From the NCBI GenBank assembly GCA_964247055.1, contig OZ176059.1, forward strand, positions 2,728,001-2,792,000: DNA of 64,000 nucleotides. The letters are read 5' to 3'. Shown piece after piece: positions 1 to 11,760 of the stretch; position 1 is the stretch's first letter; every line of letters starts with the position of its first letter. The notes beneath the pieces are model-generated. The model was not told the origin of the DNA. It did no database searches and worked only from the letters and a program-made list of their open reading frames with translations. This DNA comes from Paragordius varius (lineage: Eukaryota; Animalia; Nematomorpha). The translations under genes were made by a program, and so were the position numbers.

Positions 1-138
1 GTGTGCACAATTTACATCTCTATTCTTTATATTTAACCTAAAACGATGAGTTAAATTTAATAAAGATCAAGATTTTAAATATTATGGTTGTCTTTATAAA
101 AAAATATTTGTTCGTTTTATCTAAGTAAATTTAATTTC

Positions 139-174
<36 letters not shown>

Positions 175-434
175 AATGTATATGGCGTGTTACCGTATTT
201 AATTGTTACATTTGCATTTTAGTATCATGATCATTATAAATAAATCTTCTATAATTCAATAAAAAAATTACATTTTTTGGTTTCTAAATTCTTATTTTTA
301 CAATTTCGGATACCTCATCTATAATATTTTTAGAATTATAATTGATTAAAATATCCAAAATATATGATCTATCAAGACTTTAAAATCCTTTATTTATTAT
401 GAGCATTATAATTATTTTAGAAAGCCATTCTATT

Positions 435-478
<44 letters not shown>

Positions 479-849
479 AACCCTATATATGGACAGTTTT
501 GATGCAAAACAAAAAATTGTTATAACTTGGCGTATAAAACGATAGAAAATTTCTCGATGTTTAAAATATTTATAAACTCACAATTGATTGTATGGAAAGT
601 GTTTTACGATTTTTAGCATTTCATTTGATATATTTCTGGTAAAAAAAACTTTTTAAAATTAAAATCAATAAAAGTTTTTTTGTAGAATGTACATTTTAGT
701 AAATTTTTCCCAAAAACATGTAACCCCATTCAAGTTGATAAAAATAAATGCGGAACACAATCCCACGACATTTTTAAATTAACTTCTTAGTTAAGCCCTA
801 GTGTCAGAAAATAAAGTTTTTTAAAAAATATAGGTGCGCCCACGAGTTT

Positions 850-2050
850 GAGAGATCTGCAAAATGTGTAAGCTCAGAAATTAATAATGGATTTATGCGC
901 CGAAATAGTATAGAAAATTTTTTATAATCCCTATCCCTTCTTCCCCCTCCCCTTCCATTTAAAATAATTGTTTTGCAGCAATTCCCACAAATTGAATAAA
1001 TTAAGAACGATTCTCAGCATAAAGCAAAAATTACTTTTGAGTGCTATTTTTAATCGGCTAAATAAAACATGTCACCGTACAAAAGTAACTTAAGGATACG
1101 AAATCATGTCTGTATACACCATTATGTTAAAATAACCCGTGGTTTTTAGGCAATTTTAGTTCAGCGCTTCTTGATTAGCTTCTAAGTAAGGTTTTAACTC
1201 TTTGTACAATACATTATAACGTGGCTCTTAAGCTTATTTATGAGAAACGAGACTATATGGATTTTTTGGTAACCCACATAAAAGTAAAAAATTTTACGAT
1301 CATAGATTAAATCTTGGGTAGGGCGATATTCTATTTGTAAAAAAACCGCCACCTAATAAAAACGTGGCGAAGCAACTTCAGAACGGGACACACAATAATC
1401 GTTTTAGGTGCATGAAATAGCAAATTGCATAGTTGCATTTTTTATGTTCGGAGGGTAAGGCTCTACACTTTGTAAATACGCCACCATATAAAATAACGTG
1501 GCTCTCAAACACAATATAACTATAACGTAGTCGGAAAGGCCATGTGACTAAATAGACATTTAATCATCCCTTTAGGTGCCTATAAAGGCATAATGCTTTT
1601 TATGTCGTTAATGGGTCTTTATTAAATAAACTTTAAAGTAATGTGGCTTTGCATTTGGAATATATGCTGTATAATAATGGTTCTAGGTATTTTTATTATA
1701 TGATCTCAGCCAGTTTTTTGCCTATATGTTTAAATTAAAAAAGAGATATTTATTTTATAATATAATAAAGAATCTTCTTTTGTTTACTCCAAAGCCGTTT
1801 CAAATTATTATCTTATATATTGGTTAAGATAGAAACATGCCTTAAATAAGGGCATCAACGCATAACTCAAAAAAAATTTTCTAACTAATAAATTATAATC
1901 CTTATCTCAACTTTTAGCTGCCATGAAATAAAGGTTGAGTTATTTTTGATTATATTTTGGCAGCAAATTTTTAATAAATGGGTTTAATTGGATATCAGCT
2001 GTATAAATTTAAGGTTACAACGTGTTTAATTATATTTTAAAATAACTTTT
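850..2050 (-). repeat. Old, diverged tandem-array region related to the elements at 12948-14960 and 48400-49980
   Basis: Recurring motifs such as gggtaaggctcta, ccaccatataaaataacgtggc and aaaaccgccac resemble the 48400-49980 array (gggtagggggcta, ccatacaaaaatggcgtgg). Boundaries approximate. Confidence 0.4.
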
Positions 2051-2180
2051 AGAATAATAGTTTATATGTAGATTTTAACCCGTATATAATATACCTTATT
2101 ATGTACCCCTATATAAAATGTGTATTAATCGAAAAATTGTATATAGGGACTGTAATAAACATTTTTTTATTTTATTGCAG

Positions 2181-2238
2181 GAAAAATGTCGACCAAGTAG
2201 CAGAAATACATGACAGAGAACATCTAGTAAAATTGTAA
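2181..2238 (+). CDS. Possible terminal coding exon of a gene lying upstream of the window (KNVDQVAEIHDREHLVKL*)
   Basis: Strong acceptor ttttattttattgcag at 2165-2180, followed by a short GC-richer open stretch ending TAA at 2236-2238. Product not recognised. Confidence 0.3.
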
Positions 2239-2788
2239 AAAATTTATAATATATCGGAATAATTTTAAACTGGAAAAATTGAATGGGAAATGCTTTCTGA
2301 TTAAAGAAGTGTGATATTGTGAAAAAGGATATTTATTGCTATATATGAATTAAATATTGAATAGTTTAATAATATTTTTAAATTATGAGATTTTCTACTC
2401 ATTTATAAACATCCAAAATTATTGTAATGGTAAAGGCCATTTTTTCTTCAACATTGATTGTAAACAAATGACTTTTGTTGTATTTAGCTAATGCATTTTG
2501 TAAAAAGATTGAAATGGTGCCAAGAGTGTTGATGATTAATGTTCATTGCTCTATTAAGCTATGGGTTATATATAACAAGGATGTGTAAAAAAACACTATT
2601 TTTGTAATGTTGTTATTTAATGTTTAACATTTTTCGGTTATAATATTATTCTGTCAACATAGATATGAGATCAAGCAATTTTTCAAGTCATAAACTGGTT
2701 ATACTTATACCTGTTTTGTGTCAATAAAAATGAAACCTAATTCGCTGACTTATACATTTTTAATTGTCTGCAGCAAATAGCCTTGATA

Positions 2789-3395
2789 CAGGGATTAAAA
2801 CCGAAACCGTTTTCGTGGGATCGGATCAAAACAGTTAGGATTTTTAACACAACGTAATCCTTATGTTTACTTTTCTATCAAAAATTTTTCTAATTTTACA
2901 TCAAACGCAGCATAATTTTTATTGTGCTTAAATTTTTGTCACATCTCCACATTGTATCAAAATAATCATTAAATTTGAAAAAAATGGAATCGAAAGTAAA
3001 ACCATTTGACAAAAAACAAAAGATCCGTTTTGATTGTGCACCATTTTTTTAGAAATATCGGTCTAAAACAAAACAATTTGTTGAACAACAGAGGCGTAGC
3101 TAGCATTTCTAGCGCCCTGCGCATTAATCCGTGATTGCGCCCCTTTCCCCCTCCATGTGCCATGCCTTTTAAAAAATAATCAAATACAAACAGTGGTCTT
3201 TACCACTCATAAATGGATAATATTTTGTGTATTCATTATATAAAATAACTTTTAAACGCCTATTTTTTTGAAATAAATCAATTTTTTTTAAACTGCACCC
3301 CTTTAACTATGCGCCGGGTGCATCAGCCCATCTTTCCTCCCCCTAGCTATGCTTCTGCTGAGCATGAAGCAAAAACAGCTTCGTTTCAATCCCTG
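2789..3395. mobile_element. hAT-like non-autonomous element (MITE)
   Basis: TIRs cagggattaaaac / gtttcaatccctg, subterminal aaaccg motifs, and flanking 8-mers ccttgata / gtttgata (6 of 8 match, degenerate 8-bp TSD). Confidence 0.6.
3089..3357. mobile_element. hAT-like MITE nested in the 2789-3395 element
   Basis: TIRs cagaggcgtagctag / ctagctatgcttctg; flanks ttgaacaa / ctgagcat (5 of 8 match). Confidence 0.55.
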
Positions 3396-3427
3396 GTTTG
3401 ATAAGAATTATCATATAGGATCGTTGC

Positions 3428-3458
<31 letters not shown>

Positions 3459-4059
3459 CATATATGTACCGTAACCCTAGTCTTATCAATTTAAACATTC
3501 CTTGTAGTCAATTGTATGGTAATCAAGCATCTTGTAATGATTATAATTTAAATCTCTGTTAGTAACAAAATATTAAATAATTTATCGTTAACAACATTGC
3601 ATGCTTTTTCCATTTTTAAACATATGAATGAGTGTTAACAAGCGCAAAACAGTTTACGTTTTACTATTGAAGGTTTTTGCTCATGACTTTGTGGTTAAGG
3701 TTTAATTTAATTACAGTTTAATTTTCGTTTATTTTATAATAACATTATAAACGGAATTGAATAATTGTTTTAAATACCTAATCCGCCTTGTAATATAAGG
3801 AGCATTCGCTTTTTAAAAAATAATTTTAACTCAATTCTTATGAAACCGTAACTACAAGTTTCTTATGTTAGCGCTTCCGAATCAAAAATAAATTTATAAA
3901 CGGTTTCGAACTGCTTTTAGGAACCAGAGCCGTAGTTGTTTGTTTTATCCACATAGGTATTCTTCATTAATGGTTTACAATTTTTTGCAATAATCGACAC
4001 CAATTTTCAGCTCGAGTTTGTGTGTTTCTTAATATTTGTGAGGTATATCGTTAATGCGT

Positions 4060-4870
4060 CAAAATTTGAAGGGCCGTGCACCATATAATACCAATGAATA
4101 ATTCATAGCTGTTTAACACATTGGAGATATTTATGCTAAAAATAAATAGATCTAAAAATTTGATAAATAATTTAGGGCCATAAAAAGGCGCTTTTAGAGC
4201 CACATGCAACCCGTGAAAATCAATTGCAAAGAGTATGGATTAATTAAAGGGCTTATATCACAAACATTTCATTTAATTATTGGATTATTAAACGAGATGT
4301 GTTTTATTAAATATATCAGTCTATGTTAGAAATCTTAGTAGTAATCGTTTCCTTATTCAATTTGAAATATTATTTTAATTTTTGAAAAAAAAGTTCAAGA
4401 AATTTTTGTGGCTTGTATACATTTTTACTTAAATGTGTAAATTAAAAACAATGAAACAGAAACCATTTTATTTGTCATCTATTTATATAAATCAATAGTA
4501 ACCACCATAAAAATTTGAAGGGCTGAATAAAATATTTTTACGCCTGTTAAGGGCCGTGCGCCATAATATACGATATTTTGTTTGAGACATTGAGTTGTTA
4601 AAATAAATTCATCAAAAAAATTAAATTAATTCTGGGCAGCGGTTCGAGTGACACTGATTTAAAACCATTGAAGAAAAAGTTTTTAATGCTAATACCAGTA
4701 ATATTTAGGTAGATTTATTGGTTTAATCAGTAATACTCAAAAAAAATTCTTTCAAGGGCCAAAATACAATAATATTATACCAATTTGACACATTTGCAGA
4801 TATTTTTTACACCAAAAAATACTCACAGCCATAAAACTTTTAGGGCCGCGGTTTGAGTATCACTGATTAA
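4060..4870. repeat. Diverged tandem repeat cluster
   Basis: Recurring aagggccgtgc(a/g)ccata and gggc(a/c)gcggtt(c/t)gagt(g/a)(a/t)cactgatt motifs near 4068, 4550, 4634, 4755 and 4842. Confidence 0.4.
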
Positions 4871-5103
4871 ATTATCGTAATAGATGCTGATTAAAAAATA
4901 AGAAACAAATTGATTAAAAGTTTTATGTAGAATGAATGGCTCAACAAAAAGGGCCTTTCCGTTTTTTGCATTGTGTTATTTTTTAATTGAACCGTTTTTG
5001 ATATCTTTGTATCCAGTTCCTTTATATTTCATGCAAAAAACCGTCAAAACCGTTTTTCGATATACAAAAATGGAATGTAAATATTAATTAATCATGACAA
5101 GAT

Positions 5104-5662
5104 TTATTTGGTTTTACATTTATATATAAAGTAAGACATCGTTTCTTTCTCGCATATGGGTATAGTTACGAAATGATCTGATACAATCTATAAATATAGG
5201 GACAATATTACATCAGCCAATTGAGTTTTGGTTAAACCAGGCTTGTTATGTAAATTAAAATATTTTTTATAACGACGAAGCGTTTTCATAGGCAAGAGTA
5301 CAAAATCTGGTTTAAATGCCCGTTTTTCAGTTTCTAGAGTTTTCACATCTTTTTTCAGAATTTTTTTACCACCAGATAATTTAGCTAGAAGTGATTTATG
5401 CATATCACATATATAGATATGTTGAGCCTATTATAAATTAATTATATATACATTTATATCAATATTTATGTCGAGTCCTTTAGCATCAACAATCTTCTTG
5501 ATCCGTTTATTAAAACTTGCGTTTCCAGCGATTTTCTGACATCTAAACGCATTTTAGAGGAAAAGTCTAAAATATACACAATTACTTGTTACCATTATAT
5601 ATCAGCGAACATATTTGTTCATTTTCAACAGCTTCCGACTGATTTAAATCTTCAAATTCCAT
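5104..5662 (-). CDS. SAP30: SAP30/SAP30L-like Sin3-HDAC complex subunit, 155 aa; complement(join(5104..5187,5212..5427,5452..5542,5586..5662))
   Basis: The spliced product has the SAP30 zinc finger (CSLIYNGNKCQKIAGNASFNKRIKK...AQHIYICDMHK) and the Sin3-binding domain (TLRRYKKYFNLHNKPGLTKTQLADIVSDHF..IPICEKETMSYFIY). Exon lengths 77+91+216+84=468; GT-AG introns of 43, 24 and 24 nt. Confidence 0.92.
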
Positions 5663-6263
5663 ACATTATGGAAACGAAAAAAATATTTATATAATATAAC
5701 AAATTAATATAAAATTATATGTACGGTATTATGGTATAGTTTGGTAGTATATAAAATTATAATGGTATACAATGCCTCCATAATATTAAGCAAACATCAC
5801 GTGATACCACATTATAACAATTTGATTGGTTTAAAATATATATAAACGAATCAAAAAAGTCGACAGCGCCTTATATTTTCCGTTTATATAAATATATCTA
5901 CCATTGTAAACAGTGTTATATCTCTCTATACATATACAATTGCGCCTTGCTTATAATATATTACTTATCCCAATTGCTTATCAGTACTGTTAAACTCTAT
6001 TACCTATTATATTGCTATCAAGCTTTTACCATTGGATTTTTAACATTAGCTTGCTAGTTATACCGCATATTCAATTCGGGTAATTATTAATTTTAACTAA
6101 ATTTTGGATCTGTAAATAGTATAATACCATGTATTATGTAAATTTAGGCCTTAATTATCGATTATTTTTTGAATAAATTGAATAGTTTAAAATTTTTTGG
6201 GAATTTTCTCTTTTTTTAAATTATCGTCAAATACATTTTCCTCAACCGTATTTAGCAATTTAA
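5663..6263. promoter_or_regulatory. Probable bidirectional promoter region between SAP30 and HMGB
   Basis: Divergent ATGs about 600 bp apart; palindromic E-box tcacgtga near 5797-5804. Function inferred from the layout only. Confidence 0.5.
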
Positions 6264-7226
6264 ATGGGTCGTGGGGATAAACCTAAAGGAAAAACAACCG
6301 CTTATGCGTTTTTTGTACAAACATGTCGCGAAGAACACAAGTCAAAGTACCCAACTGACAATGTCATTTTTTCGGAGTTCTCCAAAAAGTGTGCTGAGAG
6401 ATGGAAAGTAAAACATAAAATTAATATATATAGACCATGACGAACCCAGAAAAAAGTCGATTTCAAGAAATGGCCGATAGAGACTCGGAACGTTACAAAA
6501 GTGAAATGGCAAATTATGATGGTGGCGAGAAAACGAAAAAAAGAAGGAAAACCAAAGATCCAAATGCACCAAAACGTGCACTGTAAGTTTCATTGCGTAT
6601 GTTTAGTTTTATCAAAATAATCAAATACATCTAATAGGTTTATACCCAATTTTTCTTTTTTTGTTAACTAAAATAGTTCGGCTTTCTTTCAATTCTGTAA
6701 TGATGAACGGCCTAAAATTAAGGCGACTGACCCAAAACGTGCTGTCGGCGATATTGCCAAAGAATTGGGCCATCGTTGGGCCAATTGCCCCCCTGATCTC
6801 AAACTCAAATACGAACGATTGGCTCAGAAAGATAAGGAGAGATATATGAGGGTATGTATACGTCTGCTTTTTTACATTAAACTTTTAAAATTATTCTAAC
6901 CATGTATATATGTATTTATTTAATTTTGCCTATATAATAGGAAATCACTCAATACCGTGGAGGAGGTGATGCGAAAATGAATAAAGTTGTAAGTCGCCTT
7001 TTTTTACTTTTCATCCGTATATATGTTTGTAATCATTTTGTTTTGTGTGCTTTTCCAAGTTAGTAGTAGTGATTGAATTAATAAGGGTTTGTTGATTCGA
7101 TTCAACTACATAACCTAACTTATAAACTAATTATGCCATTTATTTTGTTGCTGTATTTGTGTTTATGCGTTGTTGTGTACTTTGTAACAGGCTAATCACG
7201 AATCGGATGACGATGAGGAAGAGTAA
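6264..7226 (+). CDS. HMGB: HMGB/DSP1-type double HMG-box protein; join(6264..6407,6434..6582,6677..6851,6941..6988,7191..7226)
   Basis: [26 protein letters not shown]...[16 protein letters not shown] (box A), [25 protein letters not shown]...AKELGHRW (box B) and a short acidic tail ESDDDEEE*. Phases are consistent; intron 1 is 26 nt. Confidence 0.94.
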
Positions 7227-9938
7227 GAAAGATGCCCTCTTTTCTCAAAACCCTATGACCGTCTTTCTATCCCTCCATCTTGTGTTTGTAAACCTGTTTT
7301 CCATTTTTTGTTTTCAGTTTTTATTTAATTTTATGTATATGAATATATAAGTATAAAACTCTAATAACTCTGATTGTGCATGCATGTTGTCTCACTATAA
7401 TTATCATTATTATTGCCATTACAAAATAACCAAACTACACAACATATATGGATAGCTAGCTATATCTATATATGTTTTGTACTGTCTCTTTCTCCTCTCT
7501 TATATGTATAACTTTTGTGTCTCACATCCATACACACATACACTATTTAGCTATCGCATATTTTATATTTTTTTGTATTACAAAAATATTTTTTGTTCAT
7601 AAGCTTTGCTTATATACGACTGACTATCCATACATACACCATATGATGTCAACTCTCTGAAGCAAAATGATAGAAATTTGGACATTTACATATATATATA
7701 ATAATAATGATAAAAATATTTATTATATATAAATGCTAAACACAAAAAAACGTATATTTTGTTATACAGTTTTGCATATATAAGTATATATATGTATGGT
7801 ATATTTTTTGTCAAATTTAAATATTTTTTTTTCTTCATTGGAAAGTAGTAGGTACATCTATATATTTATCTAGAAATATATATTTTAAACATTTAACAAC
7901 AGTATATACATGTATATGAATCAAAATTTTAATTTTTTTTATATGAATATCTATATACACAATCCACATATAATTAATATACATTCACTTTTTTATTTTG
8001 GGCGGATATTCATACATATTTGAAGAGGAATAAAGGGCGCGCTTACATTGCGACCAATTAGAACTTCACCATGCCAACCACAAAACTTTTTTTATTGTTA
8101 CCATACATACCCCATAGTAGTGAACATGTGATATGAAACATATATACATATATATGCATACAATAAAAACACACTCTTGATATAAATTTTGTTAATAATA
8201 AATCTGTTAACTTTGTTTGTTACATAATTATGGTGTGGTGTAATGTCTTTTTGCTTGTTTGCCTGCTTCTATGGATTTTTGAGTTTGCTTTTGTGTGCAT
8301 GATGTATATATACATTGTAATGTGATTCATGACAGTTATAACCCTATATTCTGATGACATGTTTTTTTGGCGAACAGTCATAATTGAATGAACTAACATT
8401 TGGGTATATCATAAATTTTGGAGGTCTTACAAAGTTTTTAGGTTTAGCTATTGTAGTATTAAACGTGAAACATGTATATTAAATATACTTGTACATATAT
8501 AGATATGTACAAGTATTAATAAGCATAGAATAACTACTTAAATATATTTAATCTCCCTCTTCATTCTATCTTGTTTTTATATGCATTCACTATTAATATG
8601 TATACAGTAAAATTTTATACCTACTGCTTACATCTTTATGGCCTACGAAAGGTTCTGTGTATAGCCATATACGGGAGTACATATTAAATACTAAAATTAT
8701 TATATGTATATCTAGAAATAGCATCTATCTAATGTACATGTATTAATGTTTATGTATGTAAGCAGAGTACTGTTAAGGAATAGGTATTTTACAGTAGCCT
8801 ATGGTAAAAAACAACAAAAGGTTAAAATTAAACAATTTTTTCCGTATGTTAAAGCATTAATTTTGTATATTTAATTATGGACAAACTCTGTTTTGTACAT
8901 ACGCTACTAGATACATAAGATGATGGTTGTATAAAATAGCATAAGATATGTATATAAAAGGCTTTTTCTAAATATTATATGATATAAAAGCTGGCCATTT
9001 TTTATATATATGAGTACGAAGGGTGACAGTAAAATACACATATAATGCATTTTTCACAACAGTGTATTTATAAGGGAAAAATATCGGTTAATAGTTACCC
9101 TATACCAACTTTATATTTACATTCAATTGAAATTGTTAGTTTTATAATTTTTCATAAATTTTGTTGGTAAAAACATTTATAAGAGAGTTTTAAGTACTGT
9201 TTTTATTTCTTCACTATATTATTACTCACGATTTTTTAGCGTATTACCTTTTGTGTTTTTAAGCTATTAGGGTTTTAACTACTATAAAATATAACAGTCT
9301 AATTGCACATAAATTCAGTTGGTCATAGGGCAATATATAAAAATTTTAACTAAATATAAAACACCCATTTAATTCTTTTAATTAGTCAATAAGATTATTA
9401 AATGACACAACAACTTTGATAAACATATGCAAATATAATTTACAATACAAGCGTTCATTGTCACGGTCATCTGTTGAATACTGGTCAGTCCCAAGGCGTG
9501 TATTTGCTATGCGAACCATATATGTTCAAATAAACATTGTTTTAAATATAATTTAACAATTATAAAAACGTTCATTAACTGTTTTTAGTATTAAGTATTT
9601 TTATATACAGTATGCATTTTAATAGTTGCTTAAGCTATTAGTTTGACAATTAGCAACAAAGGAGTGTATGGAAAAAAGAAAAGAAATAATTGTTTTTTAA
9701 ACATTTTGATGTTTTCCATACACAACTGTGTTGCAAATTGACCAACTATAGTGTGAAATACCAACCGTTAAAATGAATATTTGAATTTTTATAAATTTAA
9801 TGGTAAAATGTTATAAAATAACTCATTGCAAAAAAATAAATTTAGGGCTTCTTATTTAGAAAGTACTCAGGGTCTAATGTAGTTGGGTTAGTATATTTTA
9901 TTACATAGTACATTTCAATAATATTTTTCAAATGTTTG

Positions 9939-9969
<31 letters not shown>

Positions 9970-10607
9970 TATGTACCAATAGAGTTATGAATGAAATTTA
10001 AACCGAGGAAAGCAAATTAACCAAACCACTGAGCATCAATAACACATCATTCTATATATCATATGTATCCATTTTTCTCAATTATATATCAAGCACACAT
10101 TTATATGATGTTACATATCTTATTCATTGTTAAATAATAATTATCATAGATATTGTTTAAATAATTTATATGCCAATATTTGTAAATATTACGTATGCTA
10201 TTTGTTTAATTTCTTAATTCCAATATTATTACATGATTAATTCATTAGTAAATTTTAAATGGAAAACATTGGCTACCAATTCAAGTGTTTTAATGTACCC
10301 CATAACATATACACACAGAACTTTTACATGCTTTAATCTTAAAAGTAAAAACGATGGTTAGGCGTTATAAATGTTCTTCAGTTATAATTTTCAGTATTAA
10401 AAAATTTAATTGTGGGGACTTACTTTTAAAAAATAAATATAAAGTTTTAAAATTGTCCAAATCAATTACTTACATATTGTTGTACCATTATTATTATTCA
10501 CCCCATTAATCATATTTTATGATATGATTTTTACATTTTTATCATAACATTTTATATTTTGTTCAAATAAATTTTCTTAACACTTCAAGACTTCATGTTT
10601 TGCGCGT

Positions 10608-11080
10608 GGGCTGGTATTATATCTTAGGGCTCAACCTTGTAAATAAACTCCTCTTAAAGTTATTTTAGTTAAAATTTAATTATCAAACATTATTCTCCTG
10701 TATTTAAAAAAAATTATATTTTTTACAGTTTTGTAGCTTTTGGAGTCTAAATTGGGGCAGCTCAAAAACACAATTGAATTAAACAGCTGATTTTCTGGTT
10801 AAATGCAACTTGGAAGCTTATTAAAATTATTTATTTGCATTTTTTAGCCATACTGTACATTTATAACCCTATTGTGTTAGCGTAAAAACTAATGAAAACA
10901 AATAGCGCCGCAGAAATTTAAGATGATATTTTTTTATGATTTTTCATTTTTTAGAAAAATGTTTTGTATTATGCACCTAAGAGGCTAGAAAAAGCATAAA
11001 AAAATTCGGGCCAATACCTTACATACTTTTTAAGATAAAATTGATCGTTCTGCGATATAAAACTATCCCCAGAAGATCAT
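10608..11080. mobile_element. TIR MITE, sibling of 52182-52629 in the opposite orientation
   Basis: Right end tgcgatataaaactatcccc matches ctgcgatataaaactacccc at about 52607-52626; internal ggcagctcaaaaaca..ttttctgg matches the reverse complement of about 52440-52510. Confidence 0.45.
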
Positions 11081-11370
11081 GAAGTGTAAATGAAGGGTTA
11101 GCACTTGGAAACAACATATTCATTTCAGTCCTTCAACTAAATTGGGGTAAATAGAGACCCCAGCCCTAAAATCAAATATTTCAAAAAAATATGAAATAAA
11201 TTAAAACCATTGCAAAAGTTTGTAATTATAAAGCATTGATCGAAATGTAAAAAAATTCATTCAAAAAAAACTTGATAATATATTTTATATTAAACCCAAG
11301 GTTTTAGCCAACATCACATGTGTGCTTTATTTAAATATGAAATAATGTACAATAAACCATTTTTCCTTAT

Positions 11371-11760
11371 TGTAATGGTAAATAACGGATTGGTTATGTT
11401 TTGTAATAACAGTTGTTAAAATCCGTAATATAATGATAAAGGATAATTAAATAGAATTAAATGAAATTATAAACAGAAATTATAAACGATATGTGCCTTC
11501 GACAATAGTAATCGCAGACTAGTTTTATAACCAACTGCATTTATACCAAAAGTGCAAAGTTGGATATATATACGAAATCGATATGTGAAAACCCCAAGTC
11601 AAATACTTGTGTCGTACTGATGAGTGCTAACAAGCACGAAACTAGTCTGCGATTACTATTGACGAAGGGTTTTCACATATCGTTCATAATTTCTGTTTAT
11701 AATTTCATTTAATTCTATTTAATTATCCTTTATCATTATATTACGGATTTTAACAACTGT
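11371..11760 (+). mobile_element. Hammerhead-containing palindromic retro-insertion (retrozyme / Penelope-like pLTR remnant)
   Basis: 13-bp direct repeat catttttccttat at 11358-11370 and 11761-11773; about 117-bp inverted arms (11409-11525 and 11639-11760); hammerhead core at the spacer/arm junction; absent from sibling piggyBac-like copies. Confidence 0.75.
11612..11652 (+). ncRNA. Type I hammerhead ribozyme
   Basis: ucgua-CUGAUGA-GUGCU(aaca)AGCAC-GAAA-CUAGUC^ugcga: intact core, stem II, palindromic stem III ACUAGU and GUC cleavage after 11647. Stem I extends via cgauaugugaaaaccc (11579-11594) / ggguuuucacauaucg (11667-11682). Confidence 0.85.

Noticed and set aside
478-2150. piggyBac-like TTAA-CCCTATATA ends
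   Set aside because: A matching tatataggg near 2140-2148 lacks the TTAA flank, and the ends cannot be paired unambiguously.
8345-8390. ctgatgacatgtttttttggcgaacagtc, a hammerhead-like string
   Set aside because: Stem II cannot pair properly, GAAA is incomplete and the adjacent stem I does not form; at best a decayed relic.
9400-9530. GC-richer patch with a minus-strand frame MVRIANTRLGTDQYSTDDRDNERLY
   Set aside because: No recognisable homology and no partner exons.
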